64,000 bases of DNA from Spizellomyces punctatus DAOM BR117. Its lineage: Eukaryota. The stretch is from the NCBI GenBank assembly GCA_000182565.2, contig KQ257473.1. One strand, 5' to 3'. Positions 26,475 to 38,500 of the stretch are shown here, in pieces. How positions within the stretch are numbered: the first letter of the stretch is position 1; each line of letters begins with the position of its first letter. The notes below the pieces were generated by a model. That model saw only the letters and a list, made by a program, of their open reading frames with translations, was not told the DNA's origin and did no database searches. The position numbers and the translations under genes were made by a program.

Positions 26475-27427
26475 TTATACTGATTTTACCGGGCGATTCG
26501 CCACATAGCCGAATCGCTCCATGTCTTTCGTGCCCATATTGATCTGGACTTTGACAGTTCCCTGACTTCGCACCCTTGTCACTGAACAAATCGAGTGTTA
26601 CGAGTCTCGGTCGCACTGTAAAAAAGCAATAGTGGGCTCACCCTCTCGACCCTCATTTCGGCTCACGAATCTGGAATCTAGGAACTCGGGAAGACGGCCC
26701 GTAATCCATGAGAGAAAGCCGTTGAATGGCGTTGATGCCAAAGGAACAAACATTGGTACGTAGAGTGTATGCCTGTCACAGACAATACGTTCTTAATATC
26801 CCATAGGTGCATAACCGCCAGAAGCACAAAGACCTTACATGCCAGGTGTTCGTGGGAGTCGTATGCTGCCATAACCTCGCACCACATCCCTTCCCAAACC
26901 ATCCATACCGTACACGCTCAAAATCATCTGAGGCCAACCTTTTACAAACAATCGAAAGTTGCATCAGTTACACCGAGGTGGGAAAATCAAGTAATGGAAG
27001 TTTTGTGGTACCAAATGCATTGGTAGATTTGAATGCAATATCGATCGGAAAGTTCCATACGCAGGGTTGTGCCAACATTCCCGTTGAATAGGACGATGTG
27101 CTGAACGCTGAAGGGGATGATGCCAGAGCCATTTGTGTGATGCCTTCTTCAAGCCCCTAGATAAAATGCTGCTAATGAGCTATGACTTACGAAATGTTTG
27201 GTTACTTTATATCATTATCACTCACGGACACCACTACCCAATCCGGCCCTTGCACAAAGGAGAACTTGCAATACAAATTGTCATAACTAGGAAACTAGCG
27301 GGTATGGACTTTAGAGTAAGGCCGATGTGAATTTCATGCTTTAAGAAGCGTGCATTTACGACGATCTACTCACATATGCTGATTCAATCTGTCCATTTAC
27401 AATCACCGAGAAAAAGCTAGCGGCCAT
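26475..27427 (-). CDS. B9D1: B9 domain-containing protein 1 (ciliary transition zone, MKS module); fragmented in the ORF track because the exons are short
   Basis: Spliced frame runs [37 protein letters not shown]..|GLEEGITQ...[40 protein letters not shown]...|[13 protein letters not shown]...KDMERFGY. Confidence 0.93.
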
Positions 27428-28016
27428 CGTCGTCTCAACACTCAAAAAGTATCGCCCGAGGAAAGAAATCGACACGATATGATTTTGCTTACGCAGCGCG
27501 ATAGTGTAGAGGTGACAGAAAATGGCACTAGCTACTACACCAGGGAATAAACCGGCGACAACCGGTTCGGAAAAGCCAACTAGCTAACCAACTCCTTACA
27601 ACCCAACAAACTACTACTAGGCCCAATGACACATGCAATACATTACGGTGGTTCTAACCGGGTAACTAAGCCCACCACACGAGAGAAATCCTACGAAGCC
27701 CTTGATTCCAAAATTCTTTAGTCGGAGGATGTTTTCAGATACTAGTAAAATCAGAATAATTAGACTGGATAATCCGCGCGGAAAATACAAAGATAATGCA
27801 TACCTGCGATCGTAGCAATATAGTAGTAGCAGCGTTTGCAAGGGGTTATGTTGTTGTTGTTGTCGGGAGGGCGAGGTCCTCGGCACCATCACATCTGCAT
27901 TCTCATGGTTGACCGAGTCGCTATGAGGTTGCAATGTGGGTCGCGATGAGCGTTTGTGCAGATGGTTTGAGAGTCGAGGAACTGGTGAGGAAGGGGAGAG
28001 ACAGCAAAAGGCCCCC

Positions 28017-28099
28017 TTTTATAGACCTTTGGCATGCGCCTCACCGCAGTTTGGAGGAAAGAAAAACATTATATTAGCATGCCACACCGCAGTTTGGAG
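28017..28099 (-). promoter_or_regulatory. TATA box with a directly upstream duplicated element
   Basis: Minus-strand TATAAAAGGGGG (TATAAAA at 28023-28017). The exact 15-mer CACCGCAGTTTGGAG occurs at 28042-28056 and 28085-28099. Confidence 0.55.
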
Positions 28100-28432
28100 A
28101 ACATAAACATGCATGCTTTGAGCGATAGATGGGGGTGCTGATTATGCGATATGATTAACCGGATTATCCGGATAATAATGGGCCTTAGTGCCATTTTCAA
28201 TCACCTCCGCGATATGTTGGGTTTCCAATTATGGTTAGATTGCGTTCTGTGACTCACGGACGAGCTTCATCGCTTTTTGGCATCTCGACATTGGTTTTTT
28301 AACAGCGGAAATCATTTGGCATATACGAATACTCTTTCGAGACGTTGAGGACAGAAAGTTAAAGGATACTGGAGTGCCTCAGGAACATTAGAAATTGGCC
28401 GCGGTGTCCCACGTTAAAGAAGCCAGAAACGA

Positions 28433-31400
28433 ATGGCTCTATCTCAGTCTGACCACCCATCGCCGAGCACTTGTGTATATATACGACAACCAGTAAAAAG
28501 TTGCGTCGTTCGGCAAGCTCTGCCATGTACTATTGGCGGAGCCACCAATGGCACCTCAGTCTCTAGCACAAGACAGGAAGTGGTTCTTGTAAAGGTAGAA
28601 GGGGAAGAAGGCCGAGACATTGCTTTGTCGCATTCTTTTGACGATGTTGGTCGTTATAATATATGCAGGACAATGTCTTAGAGCTGATGATATTTGATGC
28701 GATGCACGATCCGGTGTCTCTGAGATCAGTTGCAGAACAACATGTGTTTGGGCAAATCAAAGATGTCAAGCTTTTGAAACTCCCGAGACGAGCGAACAAC
28801 TTACAAAGTGTGCATATGGAAACGGATGAGGACGTCTCTGTAGATTGTCTGGCTTGCCTCTCAGACTCGGGATATCTCACTTTTGTGTCATTTCAATACG
28901 ATGTGCGGGAGGATGCGTTGATTCCTGACTACAGCTCAGGGAGATTCGTTCGAGTTTCTGAGGTTAGTGTCTTTGCTATGCGAACGTTTCCTTGGTTTCG
29001 AATATACGATGTACTCTCCAGAAAGGCCACCACTTAGTGGTGCGGAAATTGAACCATGGCGTTGTAGCTGCCTTATGTTTGATTTGCGGAGCAATGTACT
29101 ATCCCTAATGTTCCTATGCGTATCCGCAGGTTTCTATAGCCCCACCCGGATTGGACTACAAAGACTTGGGTCATACACTGGCAGTTGACCCTCTGTATGC
29201 AAGTCGATTCTCATTCAGCATTCGTCGGGTGAACGATCATTGATTTTATCGCGTTATCGGTAGATCCCGCGCCATTGCTGTGACTGCCTTTGAGGGCATA
29301 TTACGTGTATGGCCAGTGTCAAATGCCGCAGCTACCATTGTATCCAATGAGGAGGTGCAGTACTAAACCCCGTTGCCATCGTACATTATTGCTTATGACT
29401 GTTGCTTCTAGTGCGCGACGTTGCACGAAGAAGGAATCCTGTGGCAGATAGCATTCTTATACCCTCCGGAAAATGAATCTGATCTCGTGCAGTTTGTCGT
29501 TGCGAAAAACATGTAAGAGGTTACTGTTACAACTTGGAGGGATGGATGCAAGATTCTGAACAATTTGCAACCCAGAGATGGAAATCTAACAATTGTGGTT
29601 TACGAATATCGACGGAACCAGCCGCTTGAGGAAATGAAAAGGTGGGCTCCGCACGTGATCACACAAGGTGAATTCGTTCTCTCTCTCTCTCTACATTTCT
29701 GGGATTCTGTCTTGACATAAGCTTCCAACGGTCAGATGTGGTTCCGTTGCACATGTTTGCTCTGTCTGAAATTCCCGGAAGTTTCATACTAATTACGGTT
29801 GGAATGTTACAGCCGTTTCTGATGAATTGGCACTTTATTTATTCTTGTCTAATTGTTGAAAGGACGGTGACATGCATTTTGTGCGTGCTGCAGATGATCG
29901 CTTGGAAGTGCTAGAGCTACCTCCGCTACGAAGCTCATCTGAAAGACCAGGTAGCCTTGGGCATGGCCACCTTATGGCCCACCTTGATTCACCATCAGGC
30001 TAATGATCGTCCACTGGTTGTGTAGAGCGGCAAGTTGTGGTTGCAGCCAGCATATCCCCAGCCCGCGATTGCTTGAGCGCAGAAAAACAATCACTGCGCC
30101 AGTCATTGCACCAAACTTTGTATTTGGCAACCGAACAGAAGCACCTTTTCCGCATGCAGGTTACAGCGGAGCCCATGGCTGTCACTTATCAGTACCTCAC
30201 AGAAACGAAGACAAGTGCCAGGGCGCTCGCGGTGCTTCATTCGGACGCGCACGTGGAGTACAATGCTCTTTTTGGAGACTTCTGCGACGGAGAGATCATG
30301 ACGGTACTGATGAAGCAACCCTGGACCCATTTCTTTCACTGTGCTTCATATATCTGACACATCCGTGTCATCAGGTGGACGCGAACATGGTGATTACTAC
30401 CGAAATGCCTATTCGCAATTGGGCTCCTGTTCTGGACTTCAACCTTGCGGATCTGCACCGTGAAGGGCATGACACGATAGTCCTCACTAGCGGAGCCGGA
30501 GCCCATGGGAGTGTGCGAGAGATACGGAACGGAATCGGTGTGACGGTTCATGCGTCGGAGCGCGACACCATACATGGGTTGGTACCCAGCGTCCATGAGT
30601 CGTCTGTGTGTGAATTAACATATTTGTGGCGGGCGTCAATTAGGGCTAACGGACTCTGGAGCTTGAAACGCCGAGTAGAAGACGATTCTGATGCGTTCCT
30701 CGTGTTGTCATTTGTACATGAGACACGAATAATGTCTTTGGAAGGTCGCTGCCTGCTGACCAACGTTGCATCTCTGATGTGTTTGCTGACCTGTCAATAC
30801 TAGGGGCGGAACTGGAAGATGTCGGAACCGAAAACCACGGCTTCGACACGACTGTGAGCACGATTAAAGCCGCTTCCCTAAATTATCCCGGCCTTTATGT
30901 TCAAATCCACCCAGAGGCTGTGAAAGTGGCGGAACTAGGGTCCGGAAAAGACATTGGTGGAAAATGGATGGCTCCACCTGGCGACAATATAGCGCTGGGT
31001 GCCGTCTCGGATGATCTAGTGGTTGTCTGCCTCGCGCGGACGAATACGATCGTTCTTTTACAGGTTACCATGGATGAGGATCGGTGGGTGGAGGATTCCG
31101 TTTCCAACTGTCAACTCGCGTATATCAGCTCATCTAATAGTGATAGGAAGGAAGTACGGTTCAATGAAATGGGACAACGAAAGCTAGACACGACCCCCTC
31201 TTGCTTGTACTGCCCTTCATCAGCCGTTCAACGTTTATGCAGGTGCATCTCTCCTTCGCTCGTCTTTTCTAAGCTTTGATATCTAATCAATCAATATTGT
31301 AGAGAGAAATCGACAGGTCCGCTCTTCATGGTAGGAACCTTCGAACCGTCGCTGCTCATTTTATCACTGTGTGAAGCGACACCGTTGGCACAGTTACACA

Positions 31401-34049
31401 AACATACATTGGGTAGGTTGCCTTTATTACTTTAACAAAGTTACATGATTAAACTGACCGACTGGTCCAGTCGCCACTATGACCTCGGAAAGCATCAGTA
31501 TCCCGCATTCGTTTGCCGTATTGATGTCCAACAGTGGTATCCGTCTGTTAGCAGGTTGGGAATATGGTTGACCGTAAAACACAGTAACACACAATGTTCA
31601 TGAGAGCGAAAGTCTAACTGTCCAAATGTACCGTCAGGTCTCCGTGACGGAAAAATCGCCGCATTTCGCTGGACATGGCAGGAAGGTAGTGCAAGTCTCA
31701 AGTACTCTTTGTTCGACAATCATGAAAGAAAAGTCTGCTGATTAGAATTATCAGGCCGGCCCCCAATATTGACTTCCCCGGATATGCTCCGAGTTGGTTT
31801 CTTTCCTGTAGAACTTGTGTCGCATCCCCAGGAAGACCATGTAATCGCTTTTACGGACAGAGCGTGGAAAGTATTCTTATCGGGCAATGAAATAGGAATG
31901 ACAGGAATATCATTTCCTCGTGTGAGTGATGTCCCTAGAGCGCTGGCAAAAAAACATGCACTTATTGTCGTACAGGTTCTGCATGCCACGCCCTTCGCGT
32001 ACGCAGGAGTATCAGACGGATACATGGTTATTGCCAAGCAAACTATGCATTTTATTGAGCTGGATGAGGATAAGCGAGCCAATATGCGATCACTCAACAT
32101 TGGAGAGGTTCTGTCCTTTCAGTTGCTCATGGCGACGTGGTGTCTTTCTAAATCTCACTGTTAATAGGCACCGCGGCGGATTTTGTTCGATGCCGTGACC
32201 CGCAAGGTTTTGGTTGCTACAACTGTCCGCCATGGAGGGGAGGTTGGGTCAGAGTTGCGGGTTATGGATCCCATGAGGTACTCTCTAAGTCACTTACTCG
32301 GCATTATGTAACATTAGCTCAAAAAAGTGCTTTAGTGGAAGATGCTACCTCAAAGAGTCTTTGCAAACAGACGAGAAAATTTATGCGTTGAAGGGTTCGT
32401 TGATTGCGGGGATGCCGTTTGTAAGTCACTCATGATAATGTTTTTCGGGATCTGGAATGTAGTTTGGAATGTCAAGGAGGGCAAGCGTTACATTTGCGTC
32501 GGAACATGGGGATACCGGGCCACAACAAGTTCCGAAGCGCAAGGGAGAGTTCTTGTATATAATCTGAAAGCATATGAGAAAAGAGAAAAGCCAGCTTGTC
32601 CACAGGTATGTTGAAAATTCCACGAGCGTTTGTTCTGGTATAGTGTTTGAATGCATGGTCGCACTCCAGGAATCGAGAAAGCCGGTGATGTACAAAATGA
32701 AACAGTTGGGAGAGATGATTTTGGATGGGCCTGTACAGTCGATTTGTCCATTTCTTGGCAGGTGAGAAACATATGAACGGATATGATAAATCGGATAGAT
32801 GCTGATCATCCTGCTTTCTCCTCTATCTTTTTGTAGCTATTTATTGGCTGCTGCTGGGGACACTTTCTATCAGCTGAAGATTGATGCGCATACTCGCAAG
32901 TAAGGCAATTTACCCTCATTGCGATTCGCCTGCTTGATTAACTTCTAATGCCAATTACGACTGCTCTTAGACTAGTCATCCGAGCTCAATTACCCCTCAG
33001 ATGGCCGATACAATGTATAGACGTCCATGGCACAAGGGTTATAGTGGGTGGACAGAAGGAGTCGGTATCTTTCTATAGCTATAATGTCCAGACGAAGACA
33101 TTTGAGTTTCTGAAAAGGTGAGTTGCTGCCGAGATGGGATGGCTTTCGATTGCAGTCTAATATCTTTCCGCAGCGACCGATATGGGCGACCAACTGCTGC
33201 CTGCCTTGCGATTGATGACACCACGGCGGTTGCGACGGACAAGTGTGGAAATATTGTGGGATTTTCCGCTGGCGACTGTGGGTTCTACCGATTCGGTGGA
33301 GATCCATAGCATAAGTAACGTAATTGGTGATTTAGACACCGGCTTGGAACGAACGTTAGATACCACTTTTTCGTTTCACTTGGGCGAAGCCGTGATGCGG
33401 TTGCAACTCGGTTCCATCGTGCAACAGGCAATAACAGAAGAAGACCCCAACCGTACAAAGGACGAGAAATCAACGTTGTCGCATTGGTACAGCTCGGAAG
33501 GATTCCTCCGCGGGGGCTGGGGTCCACCAGCAGACTCGGTCGCAGCCATTGCAACATCGTCTGAGGCAGGACATACAGGTGGAGATCGCAGGAAGCACAT
33601 GGATGGATTTGCGGGACCCAGAGTCATCTACGGGTGTTCACTGTTGGGTAGTTTATTCGCCATTTTGAAGATAACCGCGGAGCTGTACGAGCGGCTTATA
33701 GTTTTACAGGAAGTTATGGCGGTGCATGAAAAAACACGGCCTTTATTGGGTCAGTCAAAGGCTATGCGTGATTTCCTTGTAATATTATCCCTCATAGAGC
33801 GTTTGTTTTGCAGGAAACGACCACGCTAGGTATCGCTCTGAAAGTCTCCAGATTAAATTTCGTGGTAGTATCGACGGCGAACTCCTCTCCCAATTTCCAT
33901 CTCTGGATGCGGAGACGAAGACGGACATTGTTAAACAGTGGAATGACGGGTGGACGGTAGTACGGCCGCTGGCTGCCGAGCTACGTGGCAATGTCACGGT
34001 CGAGGATCTAGCTCGGCTCATCAAAATGCTCGATGAGCAATGTTTTTAG
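28433..34049 (+). CDS. RSE1/SF3B3/DDB1/CPSF1-family beta-propeller protein (MMS1_N + CPSF_A type), many exons
   Basis: QHVFGQIKDV, LSDSGYLTF, LGHTLAVDP.SRAIAV, NWAPVLDF...SGAGAHGSVREIRNGI, FLVLSFVHETRI, DKCGNI and LLG|NDHARYRS...IDGELLSQF. Confidence 0.85.
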
Positions 34050-34333
34050 TTGTTTTTTTTGATAGTTATTTTTGTAGTGACATCCTGGAACTGATTGAAA
34101 TTACGGTGTGTGCATTTGCACCAGCCTATTGCCATTCTCAAATTGTCTCATTATTCTGTATACAAGAGGTACAACGCTTCAACTATGTTACAATAAAGGC
34201 CAGTCCGCAAATCCTTGGGAAAGCAAATGATATCCTGACTTGGCCCCCCAAACTCTGATGTAAAAAAACATTCCAGCCAGGGATTCTATACACGATACAC
34301 TAGCGCGAAAAGCACGCCCACCAATACCCACAA

Positions 34334-35746
34334 TCACATCAAAGAGAACAATTCCACTAGCAGGTCCCTCCTTTCCGTCGAACGAACCCACTCCTTGAAA
34401 GAATCCCTCCCCTTCAACTTGCCAATATTTTCCCGCACATAACCGAGACATGCCAATTTCAGCTCCCCGCTCGCGCTGGAGTAGACATCAGCTAGCTCCA
34501 GCACTTCTAATGCAACATCGAGATTCATATCCTTCTCCAAGATAATCGCACCAACATAGTTGTGTAACCCAGGAAGCTGGTATCTGTCGGCGAGACGTAT
34601 CAGTTCTGAACGCGCGGTTAGGTCAGTTGGTGGTGACACAAGACGACCGGTATAGAGAAATTCAAGCATCGCCCGGACCGCAAATGCTGAGAAATCGCGG
34701 ATCTCAACCACAGAAGGCTGAGAGAAATCTGAACCCCCAGCCTCACGGAGACCAGAAGAGAACATGGCGGCAAAGTAATCTGATCGGGAGGCCAGGATCG
34801 CACGATGGGCTGGTATCACCGTTTGTGGATGACTGGCGCTAGGGAGGGTTGGAAGGGAAGCAGTTGAAGATGTGGTTGAAGAGGGCCGGTGCATGGTGAG
34901 CTTAAGTTTGACGGCCTGCTCCTCAAGTTCTGTACGCGAGTCATCGGTAGGACTCGGAACAATTTCCTCTGGGTAAGGAGTCTCGGGTGATTCGGTGGCT
35001 GACTCGTCATCCTCATCCATGTTTGCAGAGCTTTCCTCTTCTGTTTTTACGGCTGGTTTCATGTTTTCATATGTGTCTTCCACCTCTTCCTTTCCTTCGT
35101 CCACCTCATTATAATCTCCATCGTCTTCGCGCTCCTGTTGTTGAAGGACAACAAACTTCACATCTGCCAGTCGCCAGTTGAAGAGAAGGCCACCTGAACT
35201 TGGAACAATCTTGGCCTGTGCGTCCAATAATCCGACCAGCTCCGCACGCTGTTGCCATACGACTTCGGCATGAACCACCAGCGTTCCGTCCGCAGTTGCT
35301 GCCTCTGCCAATCTGTTAAGAGGGAACAAAGCCGCCCACCCCCAACTTCTCGGATGACTGAATCCTTTGCCAAATCCTTCCTGGCCACTGGGTTCTCGTT
35401 CTTTGACAACTACAGGTGTTCGGCTGTCTCTTCTCATGACCGATAGCCGAAAGGAACTTATGGGGCGTGACCAACTATCGCCATGAGTTTTCTCGTGCTC
35501 TGTTTTAACAACATCTTTTTTTGGTAATGCATTAGCCTCAGTACCACAACAAACTGCAAAAGCACTGAGAAAAATACCAAGAAATAGCCCCATATGTGTA
35601 TCCCTTGTTTGCCCATGTCCTTCCGGATATAGAGAGAGTTCCCATGTACATGACGATGGACCAAACACTGGAGATGTTATTTTGTTCGTTTGGCGACGAA
35701 AGTTTGGGATGGCCCACGTCAGCGTTGCTTGTATTTCTTGAAGCAT
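34334..35746 (-). CDS. MATH + BTB/POZ domain protein (SPOP-like Cul3 adaptor)
   Basis: MATH: TWAIPNF...SPVF...WELSLYPEG...SWGWAALF. BTB: ADVKFVV...(acidic insertion)...IPAHRAILASRSDYFAAMF...AMLEFLYTG...LADRYQL. One 63-nt intron (35515-35577). Confidence 0.88.
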   Translation of the reverse strand: MLQEIQATLTWAIPNFRRQTNKITSPVFGPSSCTWELSLYPEGHGQTRDTHMGLFLGIFLSAFAVCCGTEANALPKKDVVKTEHEKTHGDSWSRPISSFRLSVMRRDSRTPVVVKEREPSGQEGFGKGFSHPRSWGWAALFPLNRLAEAATADGTLVVHAEVVWQQRAELVGLLDAQAKIVPSSGGLLFNWRLADVKFVVLQQQEREDDGDYNEVDEGKEEVEDTYENMKPAVKTEEESSANMDEDDESATESPETPYPEEIVPSPTDDSRTELEEQAVKLKLTMHRPSSTTSSTASLPTLPSASHPQTVIPAHRAILASRSDYFAAMFSSGLREAGGSDFSQPSVVEIRDFSAFAVRAMLEFLYTGRLVSPPTDLTARSELIRLADRYQLPGLHNYVGAIILEKDMNLDVALEVLELADVYSSASGELKLACLGYVRENIGKLKGRDSFKEWVRSTERRDLLVELFSLM

Positions 35747-36057
35747 TCCGTCAACCCGGAAGCCAAGCACCAAGAGTAAAGGACCAAAGACGGGCTAGCA
35801 AATGTTATTGTAGCCTCCACACCAGCTTGCAATCGCCTCTTTCCCTACTCGTCGCTGTCCTTGGTGAATGCTTATCGTCCGTCGCAAGCCCAAATCTCGT
35901 TGGGTTCTTTTCCGTTCAAAAAGCTCAAAACAAAACTCCACAAGAATTGCTCATCACACAGGCGGTGTAGCTGGTGGCGGTGCAGTGGCACAGTCACAGA
36001 TGTATAGATCTACTTGATCGCTTCAAGTTTCCATCGCTGAGGAAATCAGTTTAGGCG

Positions 36058-37711
36058 ATGGCATCCACCAACGGAATTAGTGACGATACAACGACCCTTG
36101 CCCAGCAGGCTCGACTGGCATCCCTGGCGTTACAGTCAGCGTCCAAGAAACATAAAAGTGCTGCTTTAAAGCGCATACATGATCTTTTGGCGGAGCGAAA
36201 GGATGCTGTTCTGGAGGCGAACAAGCGGGATCTCGAGGTAGGCTAGCTGGTAACTTTATAATAGCAAGACATGTCACAAGCTTACATTTGAGCTTTGAAG
36301 AACGCAAAAAAGGAGGTAGACGCGGGACGGCTGTCCTCCTCTTTGTATAAGCGCCTAGATCTCTCTGGCGGAAACGGCGACAAATATGCAGGATTGCTCC
36401 AAGGAGTTTTGGACGTGGAGCAATTACCTGATCCCACAGGTACCGTATGACTGCTCTGGTACTTTGGCATATTGCTGTGAAATATGCTAACGTCGGCCCT
36501 TCTTTCAATGTTAGGGCAAGTCACACTTGCCACTCGTCTGGACAACGACCTCGAACTCTATCGGGTGAGCTGCCCGGTGGGGGTTCTGCTCATAATATTT
36601 GAGGCTAGACCAGAGGTTGTGGTCCAAATCTCTTGCTTGGCGATAAAGTCGGGTAATGCCGTGATCCTGAAGGGGGGAAAGGAAGCCGCGCACTCGAATC
36701 AGGAGCTCTTCAAAATTTTGCAGGATGCGTTAGCAAGTCTCCCAGAGGAATTGTCTATACCTCCAACGGCGGTGCAACTTGTGTCAACTAGAGATGAAAT
36801 TGCCACATTATTGAAGCTCGATCCTTACATTGACCTGGTGATCCCAAGAGGATCGAAGCAGTTGGTTCAGTACGTGCAAGAATCAACAAGGTAGAGCTGT
36901 AACAGTTGGCCAAACTGTCCCATACTTGACTAAATCCCCGTTCCATAGGATTCCTGTCCTCGGTCATGCCGACGGCTTGTGCTCTGTTTACGTGGACGAA
37001 GATGCAGATGAGGAGAAAGCCGTATCTGTGGTTGTCGACTCCAAAGTCAATTATCCTGCAGCCTGTAACGCTACCGAGACACTTTTAATCCATTTCCATG
37101 CCCTCCCCCGTGTTTTCCCCGCCATTGCTCGCGGCCTCATCTCAAAGGGTGTGCAGCTCCGCCTGGATGAGCGATCACAGGCCACATTGACTGCGGCTGG
37201 CGTAGAGTCTGGACAATTGACCACTGCACGGGAAGAAGATTTTCAAACCGAGTTTCTTGACTTGATAATTGTGGTGAAAACTGTGGACTCTCTTCAGGAG
37301 GCTATTGCACATATCAACAAATTCGGGTCCCATCACACCGATGCTATCGTGACAGAAAATGAGGCAAACGCGGAGGAATTCATGAGCAAGGTTGATGCTG
37401 CCGGGGTGTATTGGAACGCATCTACAAGATTCGCTGACGGGTTCCGATATGGATTTGGTGCCGAGATTGGTGTAAGTATAGTATACCAAAACGTGTCTTG
37501 CCTTGCAATATGGGCTCACCATGGTTGGTTCTCCCAGGTGAGCACAAACAAGACCCACGCACGAGGACCAGTTGGACTGGAGGGACTTGTAATTTACAAA
37601 TATCGATTGTACGGCAAGGGGCATACCGCGGGATCTTATGGCGAGGGAAAGAAACAGTATCTCCACGAGCCGATCCCGCTGGAGACCGTCAAAGATCGTT
37701 TCATTAAATAG
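36058..37711 (+). CDS. PRO2: Gamma-glutamyl phosphate reductase (glutamate-5-semialdehyde dehydrogenase)
   Basis: PVGVLLIIFEARP, KSGNAVILKGGKEA, IDLVIPRGS, YPAACNATETLL, SHHTDAIVT, NASTRFADGFRYGFGAEIG and HARGPVGLEGL. Confidence 0.97.
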
Positions 37712-38259
37712 AAACCCATGAATCTAGTTCTACATGATCAATATCTGTACCGAGCATATGTCACCCATCCAATTTTCAGTGAAGCATTTGTCTAAAACAA
37801 TTAGTTAGTTAAATCGTTCTGATATATAACAATCAATTTGCAGATTGTACACATATTTGATTATTTTTTTTTGAGCCAAGTGGCTAGATCATTTCAAGTA
37901 CATAGTAAGGACTTTTTCATTTCGCTTAAACATTGAAGAGAACTAAAAAGTAAACCAAGAAAATGCGACTACTGGGCTATGAACATCATGTTTAACTATC
38001 ATAGCAAATGTTGAAGGTTTAAAAGTACAATCATTGGTACTGGGAAGCTATTGTTAGTCTTAGCTTTAGTGGTAGTGGTACCATTACCATTATAGTGTCG
38101 GCCTTTGACTTTGTGACTCGCACCATGGATATTGGATGGCAGGTCCCAAATGGGGTTTTCAGACAGTTTGTAAAAGAAAAAGGGAAGACATATCGTATTT
38201 GTTGATCTTCACACCTCTCAGGTTGTCCTGCAAAGGGAAGTAAGTGATCGTAAGTGCGA

Positions 38260-38500
38260 GTGTCATCAAACGCAATGCCCCACGTCGTCCAATTCTTGTT
38301 TAGGATGGGGTCCTATACCCCGTAGCTTTGAAAGCCATCTTCATTACCTACAAAGAGGCCTTTTTGACCTTGGGGCCAAGTTTACTTTTGTCTCTGGTTT
38401 CCTTCGGTATATGGATGTGGGTAACGCAGCCCGAAACGTGCGACATCTGGTTCTTACCGTACCAGACTTCGAATGGGATTTTGCCGTTGAGGGCGGAGTG
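38260..38500 (-). mobile_element. Degenerate Ty1/copia retrotransposon fragment (post-integrase SH3-like region)
   Basis: Minus-strand translation gives HSALNGKIPFEVWYGK...GCVTHIHIPKETRDKSKLGPK, then a frameshift, then GLFVGNEDGFQSYGV*DP...IAFDD. This resembles the copia pattern TPFE.WYG.KP...FGC.AY.H.PK...KL.P...FVGY...YR..DP...V.FDE. Confidence 0.8.

Noticed and set aside
27617..27906. Possible selenoprotein (MRMQM-UGA-WC...)
   Set aside because: No SECIS-like element is visible downstream and the peptide resembles no selenoprotein family I know. Kept only as part of the unannotated-unit finding.
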